A stretch of 64,000 nucleotides of DNA from Thermoanaerobaculia bacterium (lineage in GTDB: Bacteria; Acidobacteriota; Thermoanaerobaculia; Gp7-AA8): the NCBI GenBank assembly GCA_034665065.1, contig JAXDGL010000018.1, positions 20,126 through 84,125 of the forward strand, in the 5' to 3' direction. How positions within the stretch are numbered: the first letter of the stretch is position 1; the number at the start of each line of letters is the position of its first letter. Of this stretch, positions 20,526 to 30,909 are shown piece by piece. A model generated the notes under the pieces. It ran no database searches and had not been told where the DNA came from. It saw nothing but the letters and a program-made list of their open reading frames with translations. A program made the position numbers and the translations under genes.

Positions 20526-22778
20526 ATGCGCCGATCCATGCTCACGCTCGCCGCGTTCCTCGCCACCACACTCTTCGCACAATCACCCGCCGCCGATCCG
20601 CCGATCTTCGGTTTCAGCGCGGCGGGCGCCGCGAAAGAGCGTGCTCTCGAAGCGCAGTTCGACTCGTCGCTCAAACGAGATGAGCTTCGCGACTGGATGA
20701 AGCGCCTCTCCGCGCGCCCTCATCACCTCGGCTCCGCGTACGATCACGACAACGCCCTCTTCATCGCCGGCTTGTTCAAGTCGTGGGGCTACGACACGAC
20801 GATCGAAGAGTTCCGCGTACTCTTCCCGACGCCGAAACGGCGCGTCGTCGAGCTGATCGCGCCCGAACGTTTCGTGGCCAAGCTCGCCGAGCCGCCGGTG
20901 GCAGGCGACGCAACCTCGGGACAGACGAGCGAACAGCTTCCAACCTACAACGCCTACTCGATCGACGGCGACGTCACCGGCGATCTCGTTTACGCGAACT
21001 ATGGCGTCCCCGCCGACTACGAGATCCTCGAGCGTAATGGCATCGACGTGAAGGGGAAGATTGTCATCACGCGCTACGGCGGCTCCTGGCGCGGCATCAA
21101 ACCGAAGGTCGCCGCCGAGCATGGAGCGATCGGTTGCATCATCTACTCCGATCCGCGCGACGATGGCTACGGTCAGGGAGATGTCTATCCGAAAGGTGCG
21201 TACCGCAACGAAAACGGTGCGCAACGCGGCTCGGTGATGGACATGCCGGTGCATCCGGGCGATCCGCTGACGCCCGGCGTCGGCGCGACCGCGGAGGCGA
21301 AACGGATCGATCGCAAAGACTCTGACGTCATCACGAAGATTCCGGTGTTGCCGATCTCCTACTCCGACGCGCTGCCGCTGCTGCGCGCGCTCGGCGGACC
21401 GGTCGCGCCACCGGAATGGCGCGGCGCTTTGCCGATCACCTATCACCTTGGGCCCGGACCTTCGCGCGTTCATGTCGCGCTCGAATTCAACTGGAACCTC
21501 GTGCCTGCATACGACGTCATCGCGCGCATGGTTGGGTCGCAGTATCCCGACGAGTGGATCATGCGCGGCAATCATTCCGACGCCTGGGTGAACGGCGCGG
21601 ACGATCCGATCAGCGGTCTGGTCGCGGAGCTGGAGGAAGCGAAAGCGATCGGCGAGCTGGCGAAGAGCGGCTGGCGTCCGAAGCGGACGATCCAGTTCGC
21701 GGCATGGGATGGCGAAGAGGAAGGCCTCATCGGATCGACCGAGTGGGCCGAGACGCACGCGGACGACTTGCGCCGCAACGGCGTCGTCTACATCAATTCC
21801 GATACGAACGCGCGCGGCTTTCTCGACGCCGGCGGCTCGCACACGCTCGAACGGCTCGTGACGCAGGTGGCGCGCGACGTTCCCGATCCGGAGCGCAACG
21901 TCTCCGTGCTCGCCCGAATGCGCGCGCACGACGCGACGCAGCCGCGGACGAACATGGAGATGAAAAAAGAAGAGCACGAGCGTGAACTGATCCGTCTCGA
22001 CGCCCTCGGCTCCGGCTCCGACTTCACGCCGTTCCTGCAACACACGGGCATCGCCGCCCTGAACATCGGATATGGAGGAGAAGGGGGCGGCGGCTCGTAC
22101 CACTCCGTTTACGACTCGTTCGATCACTACACCCGCTTTCTCGATCCGACATTCGACTACGGCATCGCCCAGGCGAAGACGACCGGCCGTCTGGTGCTGC
22201 GTCTGGCGAATGCGGATGTGCTTCCGTTCGAGCTGAGCACCTTCGCGGAAACGATGTCGCGCTATCTTGACGAGCTGACGAAGCTCTCCGAGACAATGCG
22301 CCAGAATATCGAAGAGAAGAACCGGCTCGTTCGCGAGCACGCATACGAGATCGCCGCCGATCCGACGAAGCCGTTTGTCGGACCGAAGGCGGAGGAGCCT
22401 GTTCCGTACCTCAACTTCGCGCCGCTTCAGAACGCGGTCGCGCATCTCAAGCAAAGCACGCGGGAGTTTGACCGTGCGGTCGCCGCACTTCCCGCCGATG
22501 CAGCGGTGCGTCAGGCAGCGGCCGATCAGGCGCTGATGCACATCGAACAGTCGCTGCTCCGCGCCGACGGATTGCCGAAGCGGCCCTGGTTCCGGCATCA
22601 GATCTACGCGCCCGGCTTTTACACGGGCTACGGCGTGAAGACCGTGCCCGGCGTACGCGAAGCGATCGAGCAGAAAGACTGGACGGAAGCGAATCGCCAG
22701 ATCGAGCTCGCGGCAAGTGTGATCAACAGGTACGTGGCCGAGACGGAGAAGAACCTCACGACCGTGCGCGGAAAATGA
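20526..22778 (+). CDS. Secreted M28-family peptidase with PA and transferrin-receptor-like dimerisation domains (glutamate carboxypeptidase II-like).
   Basis: Signal peptide. PA-domain region. M28 zinc ligands in the GNHSDAW/...DGEEEGLIGS context. C-terminal TfR-dimer-like helical region. Confidence 0.85.
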   Translation: MRRSMLTLAAFLATTLFAQSPAADPPIFGFSAAGAAKERALEAQFDSSLKRDELRDWMKRLSARPHHLGSAYDHDNALFIAGLFKSWGYDTTIEEFRVLFPTPKRRVVELIAPERFVAKLAEPPVAGDATSGQTSEQLPTYNAYSIDGDVTGDLVYANYGVPADYEILERNGIDVKGKIVITRYGGSWRGIKPKVAAEHGAIGCIIYSDPRDDGYGQGDVYPKGAYRNENGAQRGSVMDMPVHPGDPLTPGVGATAEAKRIDRKDSDVITKIPVLPISYSDALPLLRALGGPVAPPEWRGALPITYHLGPGPSRVHVALEFNWNLVPAYDVIARMVGSQYPDEWIMRGNHSDAWVNGADDPISGLVAELEEAKAIGELAKSGWRPKRTIQFAAWDGEEEGLIGSTEWAETHADDLRRNGVVYINSDTNARGFLDAGGSHTLERLVTQVARDVPDPERNVSVLARMRAHDATQPRTNMEMKKEEHERELIRLDALGSGSDFTPFLQHTGIAALNIGYGGEGGGGSYHSVYDSFDHYTRFLDPTFDYGIAQAKTTGRLVLRLANADVLPFELSTFAETMSRYLDELTKLSETMRQNIEEKNRLVREHAYEIAADPTKPFVGPKAEEPVPYLNFAPLQNAVAHLKQSTREFDRAVAALPADAAVRQAAADQALMHIEQSLLRADGLPKRPWFRHQIYAPGFYTGYGVKTVPGVREAIEQKDWTEANRQIELAASVINRYVAETEKNLTTVRGK

Positions 22779-22797
22779 GTAGAGCTGTCATCGTAGC

Positions 22798-23027
22798 TGT
22801 CATCCTGAGCCGCCGAAGCCGCCGCACGATTTGGTGTGCGTCCAACTGGCAGTGATCGGCGGCGCAGGACGGTCGAAGGACCCCCTGCTTTGTGCCTGTT
22901 CTTTCATCGCCCTGCACAGAATCAGGGGGTCCTTCGACCTCCTCCACCGCCGGCTCTTGTTGGACAGCAAACATGGCGAATCTAGCGGCGGCTCCGGCGG
23001 TCTCAGGATGACAGCGTGGATGACAGC
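22798..23027. repeat. Repeat family B copy B2.
   Basis: tgtcatcctgagccgccgaag...ggtcgaaggaccccct...agggggtccttcgacc...ctcaggatgacag, with a duplicated gatgacag end. Confidence 0.75.
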
Positions 23028-23061
23028 GACAACGTCGCGCGCACCTTTCGGCGCGCCATCT

Positions 23062-23382
23062 TCACCTCGCCAGCAGGTAAATCACTTCGCCTTTACGCGA
23101 CATCCCCAGATCTTCACGGGCGACGCGCTCGACGGAGTACGTCGATCTCTTCACGCTATCGATCTCCGCGCGTAAGCGGGCGTTTTCTTTTTCGAGCACG
23201 CGCACTTCCGCATTCAGCGATTCGACGCGCTTGCGCGACTGCTGTAGCTCCGACGTCGCGCGCCCGGTGAAGAAGAGCGAGGCGATTCCGCCGAATGCGA
23301 CCACAGCCACCACGATCACCGCGATTCTGCGGATGGCCAATGCGGCGCGGCGTGGCGCGCGGGAGGAGACGGCGGGATGCAT
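23062..23382 (-). CDS. ftsB: Septum formation initiator (FtsB/DivIC-like).
   Basis: A single TM helix followed by a coiled coil, LNAEVRVLEKENARLRAEIDSVK. Confidence 0.65.
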   Translation of the reverse strand: MHPAVSSRAPRRAALAIRRIAVIVVAVVAFGGIASLFFTGRATSELQQSRKRVESLNAEVRVLEKENARLRAEIDSVKRSTYSVERVAREDLGMSRKGEVIYLLAR

Positions 23383-23440
23383 GTGTCAGGGTAGTGTCGC
23401 GGGTCGGCGCCACCGTGTCAACGCCGTATAATCCGTTTCG

Positions 23441-24877
23441 GTGACGCGCGACGCCGCACAGAACCCTCTCACCGAGCGGTACGCCTCGAAAGAGATGTCG
23501 TATCTATTCTCGGCTGACTACAAGTTCCGCACGTGGCGGAGGCTCTGGATTGCGCTCGCTGAAGCGGAGCGCGAGCTCGGGCTGCCGATCAGCGCGGAAC
23601 AGATCGCTGATCTCAAAACGCACGCGTCCGACATCAACTATGCCGACGCCGAGCGGCGCGAGCGCGAGATCCGTCACGATGTGATGGCGCACATCTATGC
23701 CTTCGGTCTCCAGGCCTCCTCCGCGAAGGGCATCATCCATCTCGGCGCCACATCCGCCTTCGTCACCGACAACACCGACATCCTGCAGATGAACGAGGCG
23801 CTGGGCATCATCCGGCGCCGCATCGTCAACCTGATGGCCAAGTTACGCGCCTTCGCCTGGCAATGGCGCGCGACGCCATCGCTCGCGTTCACGCACTTTC
23901 AGCCGGCGCAATTGACGACGGTCGGGAAGCGCGCAACGCTCTGGCTGCACGACCTTCTTCTCGATTATCGCGAGGTCGCGTTCCGCATCTCGCAACTCGC
24001 GCTTCTCGGCGTGAAGGGAGCGACCGGCACGCAAGCGTCGTTTCTCAGTCTTTTCGACGGCGACGCCGGGAAGGTCAATCGCCTCGAACAACTCGTCGCC
24101 GAAAAGTTGGGGATGCGCCGCAGTTATCCCGTGTCGGGGCAGACGTATTCGCGCAAAGTCGACTCGCAGGCCGTCAACGTTTTGTCCGGCTTCGCGCAGT
24201 CGGCTTCGAAGTTCGCGTACGACATGCGCCTGCTCCAGCATCTGCACGAGATCGAAGAGCCGTTCGAAGAGGAGCAAGTGGGATCGTCGGCGATGGCGTA
24301 CAAGCGAAACCCGATGCGTGCGGAACGGATCGATGCGCTGGCGCGGCACCTCATCGTCAACGCGCTCAATCCGGCGTTTACCGCGGCGACGCAATGGTTC
24401 GAGCGCACGCTCGACGACTCGGCGAATCGGCGCATCGCCATTCCGGAAGCGTTCCTGGCCGCCGACGCGATCGCGCTGATCTATGACAACATCGCCGCCG
24501 GACTGGTCGTACACGAGGAAGTGATCGCGGCCAACGTGAGACGGGAGCTTCCTTTCATGATGACGGAGAACCTGATGATGGAAGGGGTGCGGCGAGGCGG
24601 CGATCGCCAGGTGCTGCACGAGCGTGTGCGGATTCATTCGCAAGCTGCCGCCGGTGCGCTGAAGTTGGGCGCGGGTAGCAACGATCTGCTCGATCGGATC
24701 GCCGCGGACGAGCTTTTCGGCATCGATCGCGCATCGATCGAGGCCTTGGCGGATCCCGAGGGGTACACCGGTCTGGCGAAGCAACAGACAGAAAAATTTC
24801 TGGTCGAGGATGTCGATTCGATTCTCGATGCCGAGCGTGCTCTCATCGGAACGGAAGTCGGAGAGGTGCGGGTATGA
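23441..24877 (+). CDS. purB: Adenylosuccinate lyase.
   Basis: NPLTERYASKEM N-terminus and the GSSAMAYKRNP signature. Confidence 0.93.
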   Translation: MTRDAAQNPLTERYASKEMSYLFSADYKFRTWRRLWIALAEAERELGLPISAEQIADLKTHASDINYADAERREREIRHDVMAHIYAFGLQASSAKGIIHLGATSAFVTDNTDILQMNEALGIIRRRIVNLMAKLRAFAWQWRATPSLAFTHFQPAQLTTVGKRATLWLHDLLLDYREVAFRISQLALLGVKGATGTQASFLSLFDGDAGKVNRLEQLVAEKLGMRRSYPVSGQTYSRKVDSQAVNVLSGFAQSASKFAYDMRLLQHLHEIEEPFEEEQVGSSAMAYKRNPMRAERIDALARHLIVNALNPAFTAATQWFERTLDDSANRRIAIPEAFLAADAIALIYDNIAAGLVVHEEVIAANVRRELPFMMTENLMMEGVRRGGDRQVLHERVRIHSQAAAGALKLGAGSNDLLDRIAADELFGIDRASIEALADPEGYTGLAKQQTEKFLVEDVDSILDAERALIGTEVGEVRV

Positions 24878-25893
24878 AGCGAGTGTTGATCGCAGTAGCG
24901 GCAGCAGCGCTGATGTCGTGCGGAACGAGCCGGCCGTCGTCGCCGAGAGCAACGTCTTCCAGAGCGGCTGCCGCGCCCGCCGGAATGACCGCGCACGGAT
25001 CGGCGGGATGGGTCGGGCAGGAGTTCGCCGGCCGCACGACGGCCAATGGTGAGATCTTCGATCCAATGCTGATGACCGCCGCGCATCGCACGCTGCCTTT
25101 CGGAACGCTGCTCGATGTGCGGAATCCGAAGACGGGACAGACCGTCCGCGTCCGCGTGAACGACCGTGGTCCGTACGTCGGCGATCGCCTCATCGACCTC
25201 TCGTTTGCCGCGGCACAACAAATCGGCTTGTCGGATGGCGGCGGTGGCGATGTCGACATGACCGTCGTGAAGGTCGGACTCGGCGATCTCGAGCCGCCCG
25301 CCGCATTCGCGGTCAACGTTCCGGACAATTCGAGCGTCGCGGCGGTGCCGCCGGTTCCTGTGCCGATGCCAGTTCCAACGCCAACACCAGCGCCAGCCGA
25401 GCCACAGCCGTCGCCTGCGCCCATGCCGGCAGAGCCGCAGCCGTCGCCAGTTCCTGCGACCGTCGATCGAGTGGAAGTAACGGAGCAACCGCAGTCCACG
25501 CACGTCGAAACGCGTAAGGAAGTGGCCGCGAACGGTACGACGATCGTCGAGACGCCGGTGACGTCGACGCCGCTGCCAGCGCCGGCAGCCGCACCCGCGA
25601 CGACTACTCGTCGTCCCACGCCTGCACCGGCAACACCCGCATCCTCGACTTCGCAATCCAAGCCGGCGACCTCGGCGTCAGGCAAGTACGTGGTGCAGGT
25701 CGGCGCGTTTTCGCAGGAAGCCAACGCCAAAGCGCTCCAGAAAAAACTGAAAGCGATCGGACAGGATTCGACGATCGATCATCCCTCGCTCTATCTCGTG
25801 CGCATCGGTCCCTTCGATACGCGCGAACAGGCCGTCAGCATCCGCTCGAAGCTGGAAGCATCGGGGATCTCGGCGATCATTACTTCGAAGTAG
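24874..25893 (+). CDS. rlpA: Septal ring lytic transglycosylase RlpA-family lipoprotein with a C-terminal SPOR domain.
   Basis: Lipobox LMSCG. The double-psi beta-barrel region is GQEFAGRTTANGE...RVNDRGPY. A Pro-rich linker follows, then the SPOR motif YVVQVGAF. Confidence 0.88.
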   Translation: MKRVLIAVAAAALMSCGTSRPSSPRATSSRAAAAPAGMTAHGSAGWVGQEFAGRTTANGEIFDPMLMTAAHRTLPFGTLLDVRNPKTGQTVRVRVNDRGPYVGDRLIDLSFAAAQQIGLSDGGGGDVDMTVVKVGLGDLEPPAAFAVNVPDNSSVAAVPPVPVPMPVPTPTPAPAEPQPSPAPMPAEPQPSPVPATVDRVEVTEQPQSTHVETRKEVAANGTTIVETPVTSTPLPAPAAAPATTTRRPTPAPATPASSTSQSKPATSASGKYVVQVGAFSQEANAKALQKKLKAIGQDSTIDHPSLYLVRIGPFDTREQAVSIRSKLEASGISAIITSK

Positions 25894-25897
25894 ATGC

Positions 25898-25920
25898 GCG
25901 GGGGTCGGGTGTCGGGGTCG
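25898..25920. repeat. gggtcgg-type heptamer array, inverted partner to 26308-26327.
   Basis: gcgggggtcgggtgtcggggtcg. Confidence 0.6.
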
Positions 25921-25949
25921 CAGTGAGGCGTTTAGCCGGCAGTGCGACC

Positions 25950-26284
25950 TGTCATTTCGAATCGGCGGAACCGCGGGGCGGGAAGGGCGGAGCGGTGGAG
26001 CACGATGAGAAATCCCCCGCCTATGAAACGAATACTTTCGATCGTCAGGGGATTTCTCTCCGCGCTTCACTGCTCCCACCCTTCCACCCCCGCGGTTCCG
26101 CCGGATCGGAATGACAGCGTCAGGAAGCGGGGGATTTCTCATCGTGCTCCACCGCTCCGCCCACCCGGCCTGCCCCGCGGTTCCGCCGATTCGAAATGAC
26201 AGGCGGCAGGAAGGGGGATTTCTCATCGTCCACCGCTCCCACCCCCCCTTTCACCCCCGCGGTTCCGCCGGATCAGAATGACAA
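25950..26284. repeat. Cluster of repeat family A: one full copy (25950-26117) plus two tandem right-half copies.
   Basis: Three successive ...ccgcggttccgccg(g/a)(a/t)tc(g/a)gaatgaca ends lie at 26117, 26202 and 26284. Confidence 0.8.
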
Positions 26285-26307
26285 ACTCACTCTGATCTCT
26301 GCTTCTC

Positions 26308-26327
26308 CGGCTCCCGACTCCCGCTCA
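26308..26327. repeat. ccgactccc-type array, inverted partner of 25898.
   Basis: ccggctcccgactcccgctc. Confidence 0.55.
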
Positions 26328-26385
26328 CCTGCGACACCCCGGTATAATCCGCCGCCATTTCAAAACCCACTAAGGAAAATCACTC

Positions 26386-26802
26386 ATGTCGAATCGCACG
26401 TTTACGATCATCAAGCCGGACTCGGTCCGCAAGGGCAACTTCGGAAAAATCATCAGCCGCCTCGAAGCGGATGGCTTTCGCATTCTGGGACTGAAGAAGA
26501 TCAGCCTTTCCACGAAACAGGCGGAAGGGTTTTACGCCGTTCACAGCGCGCGGCCTTTTTATAACGATCTCGTGAAGTACATGACGTCTGGTCCCGTGTT
26601 CGTCGCGGCGCTGGAGAAGGAAGGCGCGGTCCCCGCGTTGCGCAAGATCATGGGCGCGACCGACCCGTCGAAGGCCGACGCCGGAACGATCCGCAAAGAC
26701 TTTGGCGAATCGATCGAGCAGAACGCCATTCATGGTTCCGATTCGGATGAAAACGCCGCGATCGAAATCGGATTCTTTTTCGCGGCCTCAGAGCTGTTGT
26801 AG
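26386..26802 (+). CDS. ndk: Nucleoside diphosphate kinase.
   Basis: TFTIIKPD...NAIHGSD. Confidence 0.95.
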   Translation: MSNRTFTIIKPDSVRKGNFGKIISRLEADGFRILGLKKISLSTKQAEGFYAVHSARPFYNDLVKYMTSGPVFVAALEKEGAVPALRKIMGATDPSKADAGTIRKDFGESIEQNAIHGSDSDENAAIEIGFFFAASELL

Positions 26803-28959
26803 AACGTGGGCTTGCGGGGGTCGGGAGTCGGAGGGCGTAAGACGAGGCTCCGGCTCCCGGCTCGCTCCGGAGATCCGCAGCATCGGTCCCGCGGCGTCGT
26901 AATCGATGGGAAGGTAGAGCGTGAAGCAGGTGCCGCGCCCAACCACCGACTGCACATCGATCCGCCCGTGATGCAGCTCCACAAAATTGCGCGTCAGCGA
27001 TAGTCCCAATCCCGTGCCCCCTCGACGCGCCCGCCGTCCTTCCTCGGTCTGATAGAACTCGTCGAAGATCCGTTGGAGCTCGTCGGGCGCGATCCCGATC
27101 CCTTCGTCGGTAACATCGATCCGAACTGTTGCAACCTCCAACGGCGACAGCGCTGCCGGGAGGGAATGGACTGCGATCGTGACCGGTCCGCCGCGCGGCG
27201 AGAACTTCACGGCGTTCGAAAGCAGGTTGAAGAGGATCTGCTTCAGCCGCCCTTCATCGAGACGCACCGGTGGCACGGCCGGCTCGATGAAGGCCGTGAT
27301 GCTGACCTTGGCCTCCGCGGCGAATCCCTTCATAACTCGCTCCACCGAGGCGATGGTGTCGCGCAAGTCGAACTCGTCGGTGCGCAGCTCCATCTTGCCC
27401 GCTTCGATCTTTGAGAGGTCGAGGATGTCGTTGATCAGGTCGAGCAGATGATTGCCGGCGACGTGAATGTTTTCCAGGAACTTGTAGAGGCGGCTGGGCA
27501 GCGTGGCGCGCGTGTTTTCGAGCAGGACGCTGGAAAAACCGATGATCGAATTCAGCGGCGTGCGCAGCTCGTGTGACATGTTGGCCAGGAACTGGTTCTT
27601 CGAGCGATCCGCGGCGAGAAGGCGGAGATTCGTCTCGCGCAGCTCGTTCGTCCGCTCCATGACCCGTTGCTCGAGCGCGTAGGTCAGCCCTTCGAGATCT
27701 TTGTAGAGATAGGCGTTCTCGATCGCGACAGCGGCCTGATTGGCGATCGCCGTCAGGAGCAGCATGTCGTCGTTCGTAAAGGCGTTCTTGCGATAGCTCT
27801 CGACAGAGATGACGCCGATGACGCGGTCGCGGGCGATCATCGGGACTCCGAGCCACGACTGCGTAGCTTTCGAATCCGCGACCGCCGTCACACCGAGCCG
27901 TTTCTCATCAGCGGTGCTGCCGATGAGAAGCGGCTCGTGATGATTGACCACCCAGGAATTCAGTCCTTGCCCGACCGGCATCCGTTCGGCCGGGAGTCTG
28001 ATGTCTTCGCGGATGTCCAGCTCGAAGGAGAGCTCGTTCGTCGATTCATCGAGGAGGGCGATCGTGAAGAGCGTGCAGTCGACGGAGCGTTTGCACTCGT
28101 TGTAGATCGCCGTCAGAAGTTGCTCGGTCGTGTAGCGAAGCGAGATCGTCTTGCCGATGTTCGTCAACGACGCGATGCGCTTCAGTTGCTGCACGCTCTT
28201 GATTCTCGTTTTCGCCAGGATCCGCGCCATGCCGATGGCGACGCTCCCGCTGAAGGCGAGCGCGATCAGCGCACCCCATCCCATCGACGCAAAGGCCAGC
28301 GCCGTCATCACCGCATACGGCAGCGTGAGCAGGTAGATGGCCAGATCGACGCCATCGAGGCGGACGATTTTTTGCAGCGAATAGCCGTACGACTGCGCGA
28401 CGCGGAACATCAGAAGGATGTTCGTAATGCTGAGCACCACGCCGCAGAGAGCGACTTTCAGAGCCGCCGGGAACGTGGCGTGAAGCAGCGGCAGCTCGCC
28501 ATTCAACCGCTCGTACAGCGTCGCCGCGGCCACGACGGGAATGCCGTAGGTGCCGAAAAGGCCGAATGTCTTGACGCGATCGACGAAACGATCCGTCGAT
28601 TCGATCTTTGCCGGCCCGATCTGCTTCAACGCAAGAACACGCGCGACGCCGGCGACGATAACCGCCAGCCACGACGCGATGACGACGCCGAGGATCGGAA
28701 TCATCACTGTGTAGGCGGTGAGAACGAGCGAGACGAAGATCAACTCCGTCAGCTCGAACTTCAGCAAGGCCAGCGTCGTGGCAAACGCGATCAGGATGCC
28801 GATGACGAGAATGGCGTTCGGTTGGAGCCTGTGAAAGATGGCCGCGGTCTGATCGAATCGCAGCCACGTCACCCAGAGCATCAGCAGCAGACCAGCTAGT
28901 CCCTGAGTCAGGAAGACCGTAATCGTGCGCCGCCGCGCGGAGTCAGAGCCGTTAGCCAT
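26788..28959 (-). CDS. Membrane-bound GAF sensor histidine kinase.
   Basis: N-terminal ~7 TM helices, a GAF-like region, His[13 protein letters not shown] and HATPase_c GTGLGLS. Its 3' end overlaps ndk convergently. Confidence 0.85.
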   Translation of the reverse strand: MANGSDSARRRTITVFLTQGLAGLLLMLWVTWLRFDQTAAIFHRLQPNAILVIGILIAFATTLALLKFELTELIFVSLVLTAYTVMIPILGVVIASWLAVIVAGVARVLALKQIGPAKIESTDRFVDRVKTFGLFGTYGIPVVAAATLYERLNGELPLLHATFPAALKVALCGVVLSITNILLMFRVAQSYGYSLQKIVRLDGVDLAIYLLTLPYAVMTALAFASMGWGALIALAFSGSVAIGMARILAKTRIKSVQQLKRIASLTNIGKTISLRYTTEQLLTAIYNECKRSVDCTLFTIALLDESTNELSFELDIREDIRLPAERMPVGQGLNSWVVNHHEPLLIGSTADEKRLGVTAVADSKATQSWLGVPMIARDRVIGVISVESYRKNAFTNDDMLLLTAIANQAAVAIENAYLYKDLEGLTYALEQRVMERTNELRETNLRLLAADRSKNQFLANMSHELRTPLNSIIGFSSVLLENTRATLPSRLYKFLENIHVAGNHLLDLINDILDLSKIEAGKMELRTDEFDLRDTIASVERVMKGFAAEAKVSITAFIEPAVPPVRLDEGRLKQILFNLLSNAVKFSPRGGPVTIAVHSLPAALSPLEVATVRIDVTDEGIGIAPDELQRIFDEFYQTEEGRRARRGGTGLGLSLTRNFVELHHGRIDVQSVVGRGTCFTLYLPIDYDAAGPMLRISGASREPEPRLTPSDSRPPQAHVLQQL

Positions 28960-29030
28960 GGGATTGCCGGATGAACGACCAGCTATCGTAGCACCGGAGG
29001 GGCAACAAATCCGTTCGTGCCTGACCTAAT

Positions 29031-30056
29031 TCATTCGATGCTGCGAAGTACGAGGTCATGTTCGAAGCGGTGATCGCCTTCGCGCGGGATCGCGTCATCG
29101 TCGCGTGAGATCACGGCGTTGCGCAACGTGACCGGCTCTGTGATCTCCACTCCGTGCGCGACGATGCAGTTGTCGAGAACCACTCCGGCTGCGATGCGGC
29201 AATCGTCCCAGATGACGCTGTCGCGGAGCTCGCCTTCGATCGCGCAGTTTGCACCGATGATGCTGCGCGCGATTGTGCCGCGCAGCGACGCCGTGTCGTG
29301 GGCGAGTGAGTCGCCGGTCACGCGCGTGCTCTGCGCCGGTGGCAGCGCGCCATCAACCGTGAGCGCCAACAGCGCGCGCGATGCGGTCATGTAGCGGAGC
29401 GGCGTGCCGATGTCGAACCACGGACCGTCATCGACGACGCCGGCCACGAGCTCCGCTCCGCTCCCGATCAGCGGCTGGTAGACCTCGTCGACGATTCCTG
29501 AGAATTCCTTGTCGGGCAGATAGCGGAAGACTCGCGTCGAAATCAGGTGCGTGCCGGAGAACATCAACGGCTCGCCCGTCCCTTTTCCGAAACCGGTAAT
29601 GAGATCGTTCTCGAACCAGACCGGTGTGAAGCGGTCGCCCGGCGGCGGATGCCGCAGAGTCAGAGCGGCCAGCGCGTCGCGCTCACGACGCAGCGAGCGG
29701 AGCGCGTCGTAGGGAGGAAACTGGATCGTGTCGCCGTTGACGAGGAAAAACTCGTCACCGCCCGATTCGAGGAGCGGCCGCACGCGGCGCACGCCTCCTC
29801 CGGTGCCGAGGATCTCGGCTTCGTAGGAGAATTCGAAATGGGCCTGACCGGCGTACGTATCGCGCAGATAGCGCTCGATCGGCTCCGGGAGATGGTGCAG
29901 GTTGACGACGAAGTCGCGAATGCCGGCCCCGAGGAGCGACTCGACCGCCCACGCCATGAGCGGCCTTCCGCACAACGGCACGATCGGTTTCGGGATCGTG
30001 TACGTGATCGGCCGGAGGCGCGTGCCGTAGCCGGCGGCGAGGATCATTGCTTTCAT
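29031..30056 (-). CDS. Sugar-phosphate nucleotidyltransferase with a C-terminal left-handed beta-helix (GlmU/RmlA-like).
   Basis: MKAMILAAGYGTRLRPIT...KP N-terminus; hexapeptide repeats at the C-terminus. The longer ORF upstream only translates the aatgttg array. Confidence 0.8.
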   Translation of the reverse strand: MKAMILAAGYGTRLRPITYTIPKPIVPLCGRPLMAWAVESLLGAGIRDFVVNLHHLPEPIERYLRDTYAGQAHFEFSYEAEILGTGGGVRRVRPLLESGGDEFFLVNGDTIQFPPYDALRSLRRERDALAALTLRHPPPGDRFTPVWFENDLITGFGKGTGEPLMFSGTHLISTRVFRYLPDKEFSGIVDEVYQPLIGSGAELVAGVVDDGPWFDIGTPLRYMTASRALLALTVDGALPPAQSTRVTGDSLAHDTASLRGTIARSIIGANCAIEGELRDSVIWDDCRIAAGVVLDNCIVAHGVEITEPVTLRNAVISRDDDAIPREGDHRFEHDLVLRSIE

Positions 30057-30093
30057 GTGGGTGTTGTCAGAGATGCTGCGCGCTGAAAGGCGG

Positions 30094-30312
30094 AATGTTG
30101 AATGTTGAATGTTGAATGTTGAGTGTTGAATGGGAGCCGCGCTTTCGAGCAGTTGCAATGACGGCGCCGACCGCCGACAGGCTTTCCCTAGAGCTCGTAT
30201 CCAGTTGTGATCTACTATTACGAGTTACTGCCATTGGTATGTTTTATATCAACATTTAACATCCAACATTTAACATCCAACATTGAACATTCAACATTGA
30301 ACATTCAACATT
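30094..30312. repeat. Inverted tandem-heptamer arrays (aatgttg)n / (caacatt)n bracketing a ~115-bp unique core.
   Basis: Left arm 30094-30133 has ~6 units; right arm 30250-30312 has ~9 units. Confidence 0.9.
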
Positions 30313-30344
30313 CCGACTCTCATTTGAACGTTCCCGCCGGGCAA

Positions 30345-30902
30345 TCACAACTGCTCCGGCGGGAAAATCATGTGCTCCCCGAGATCGGGGCGCGTCCGCC
30401 GCGCGAGCCGGTAGAGATCGGAGTACGTCTGGCGGATGGCCTGCTCCATCACCATTCCCAGCTCGCCGGCGATCGTGCGTATCACGTCGATCGGTCCTTC
30501 GATCTCGAAGTAGTCGCCGATGGGCGTGCGGTCGAGCACGACTTCGACGTCGCGGATGCGCCAGACCTCGCGGAACTTCTGGTAGCGGAAAACCGGCTTG
30601 TATCCGAGGGAGTCGAAGAGCTGGATGGCGAGCTCGAAACTCTCGACGCCCGTCTGCACCTCCTCGCGCGACTTCACACCGCCTTCGATCGACATTGGTC
30701 CTTTGTAGGTTGCGATCGAGTACTTCCCGAACTTGCGCACACGGAGCAGCGAGCCTTTCGTGCGCAGCTCCCCGCGCCGGTCGAGAACGATGTTGTCCTC
30801 GAACGTTTCGGCATACAGGCGTTGCCCGCCGATCTCGTGCAGTTTGCGAACGAGATCGGCGCGGTCTTTGAGGGCGAACTTGACTTCGATTTCCTGGGCC
30901 AT
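30345..30902 (-). CDS. CYTH-domain protein (class IV adenylyl cyclase / triphosphatase-like).
   Basis: N-terminal EIEVKF (ExExK) motif and a CYTH fold-like pattern. Confidence 0.75.
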   Translation of the reverse strand: MAQEIEVKFALKDRADLVRKLHEIGGQRLYAETFEDNIVLDRRGELRTKGSLLRVRKFGKYSIATYKGPMSIEGGVKSREEVQTGVESFELAIQLFDSLGYKPVFRYQKFREVWRIRDVEVVLDRTPIGDYFEIEGPIDVIRTIAGELGMVMEQAIRQTYSDLYRLARRTRPDLGEHMIFPPEQL

Positions 30903-30909
30903 GGGGTTA

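Noticed and set aside
20583-22598. 671-aa ORF antisense to the M28 peptidase gene, and similar long antisense or alternate-frame ORFs (244..1914, 2721..3938, 18578..19717, 23843..25066, 24634..25730, 52201..53631, 58416..59903).
   Set aside because: They are typical high-GC open frames. They are Arg/Ala/Pro-rich, have no recognisable domains, and each overlaps a well-supported gene on the other strand or frame.
25950-26284. Possible CRISPR array, suggested by several similar units in a row.
   Set aside because: The units are 80-170-bp imperfect palindromes that abut directly without unique spacers of constant length, and no cas genes are nearby. This is a tandem MITE/REP cluster.
30056-30158. 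N-terminal extension of the nucleotidyltransferase (MQLLESAAPIQHSTFNIQHSTF...).
   Set aside because: The extension is a translation of the aatgttg heptamer array. The conserved NTP-transferase N-terminus begins at MKAMILAAGYG (30056).
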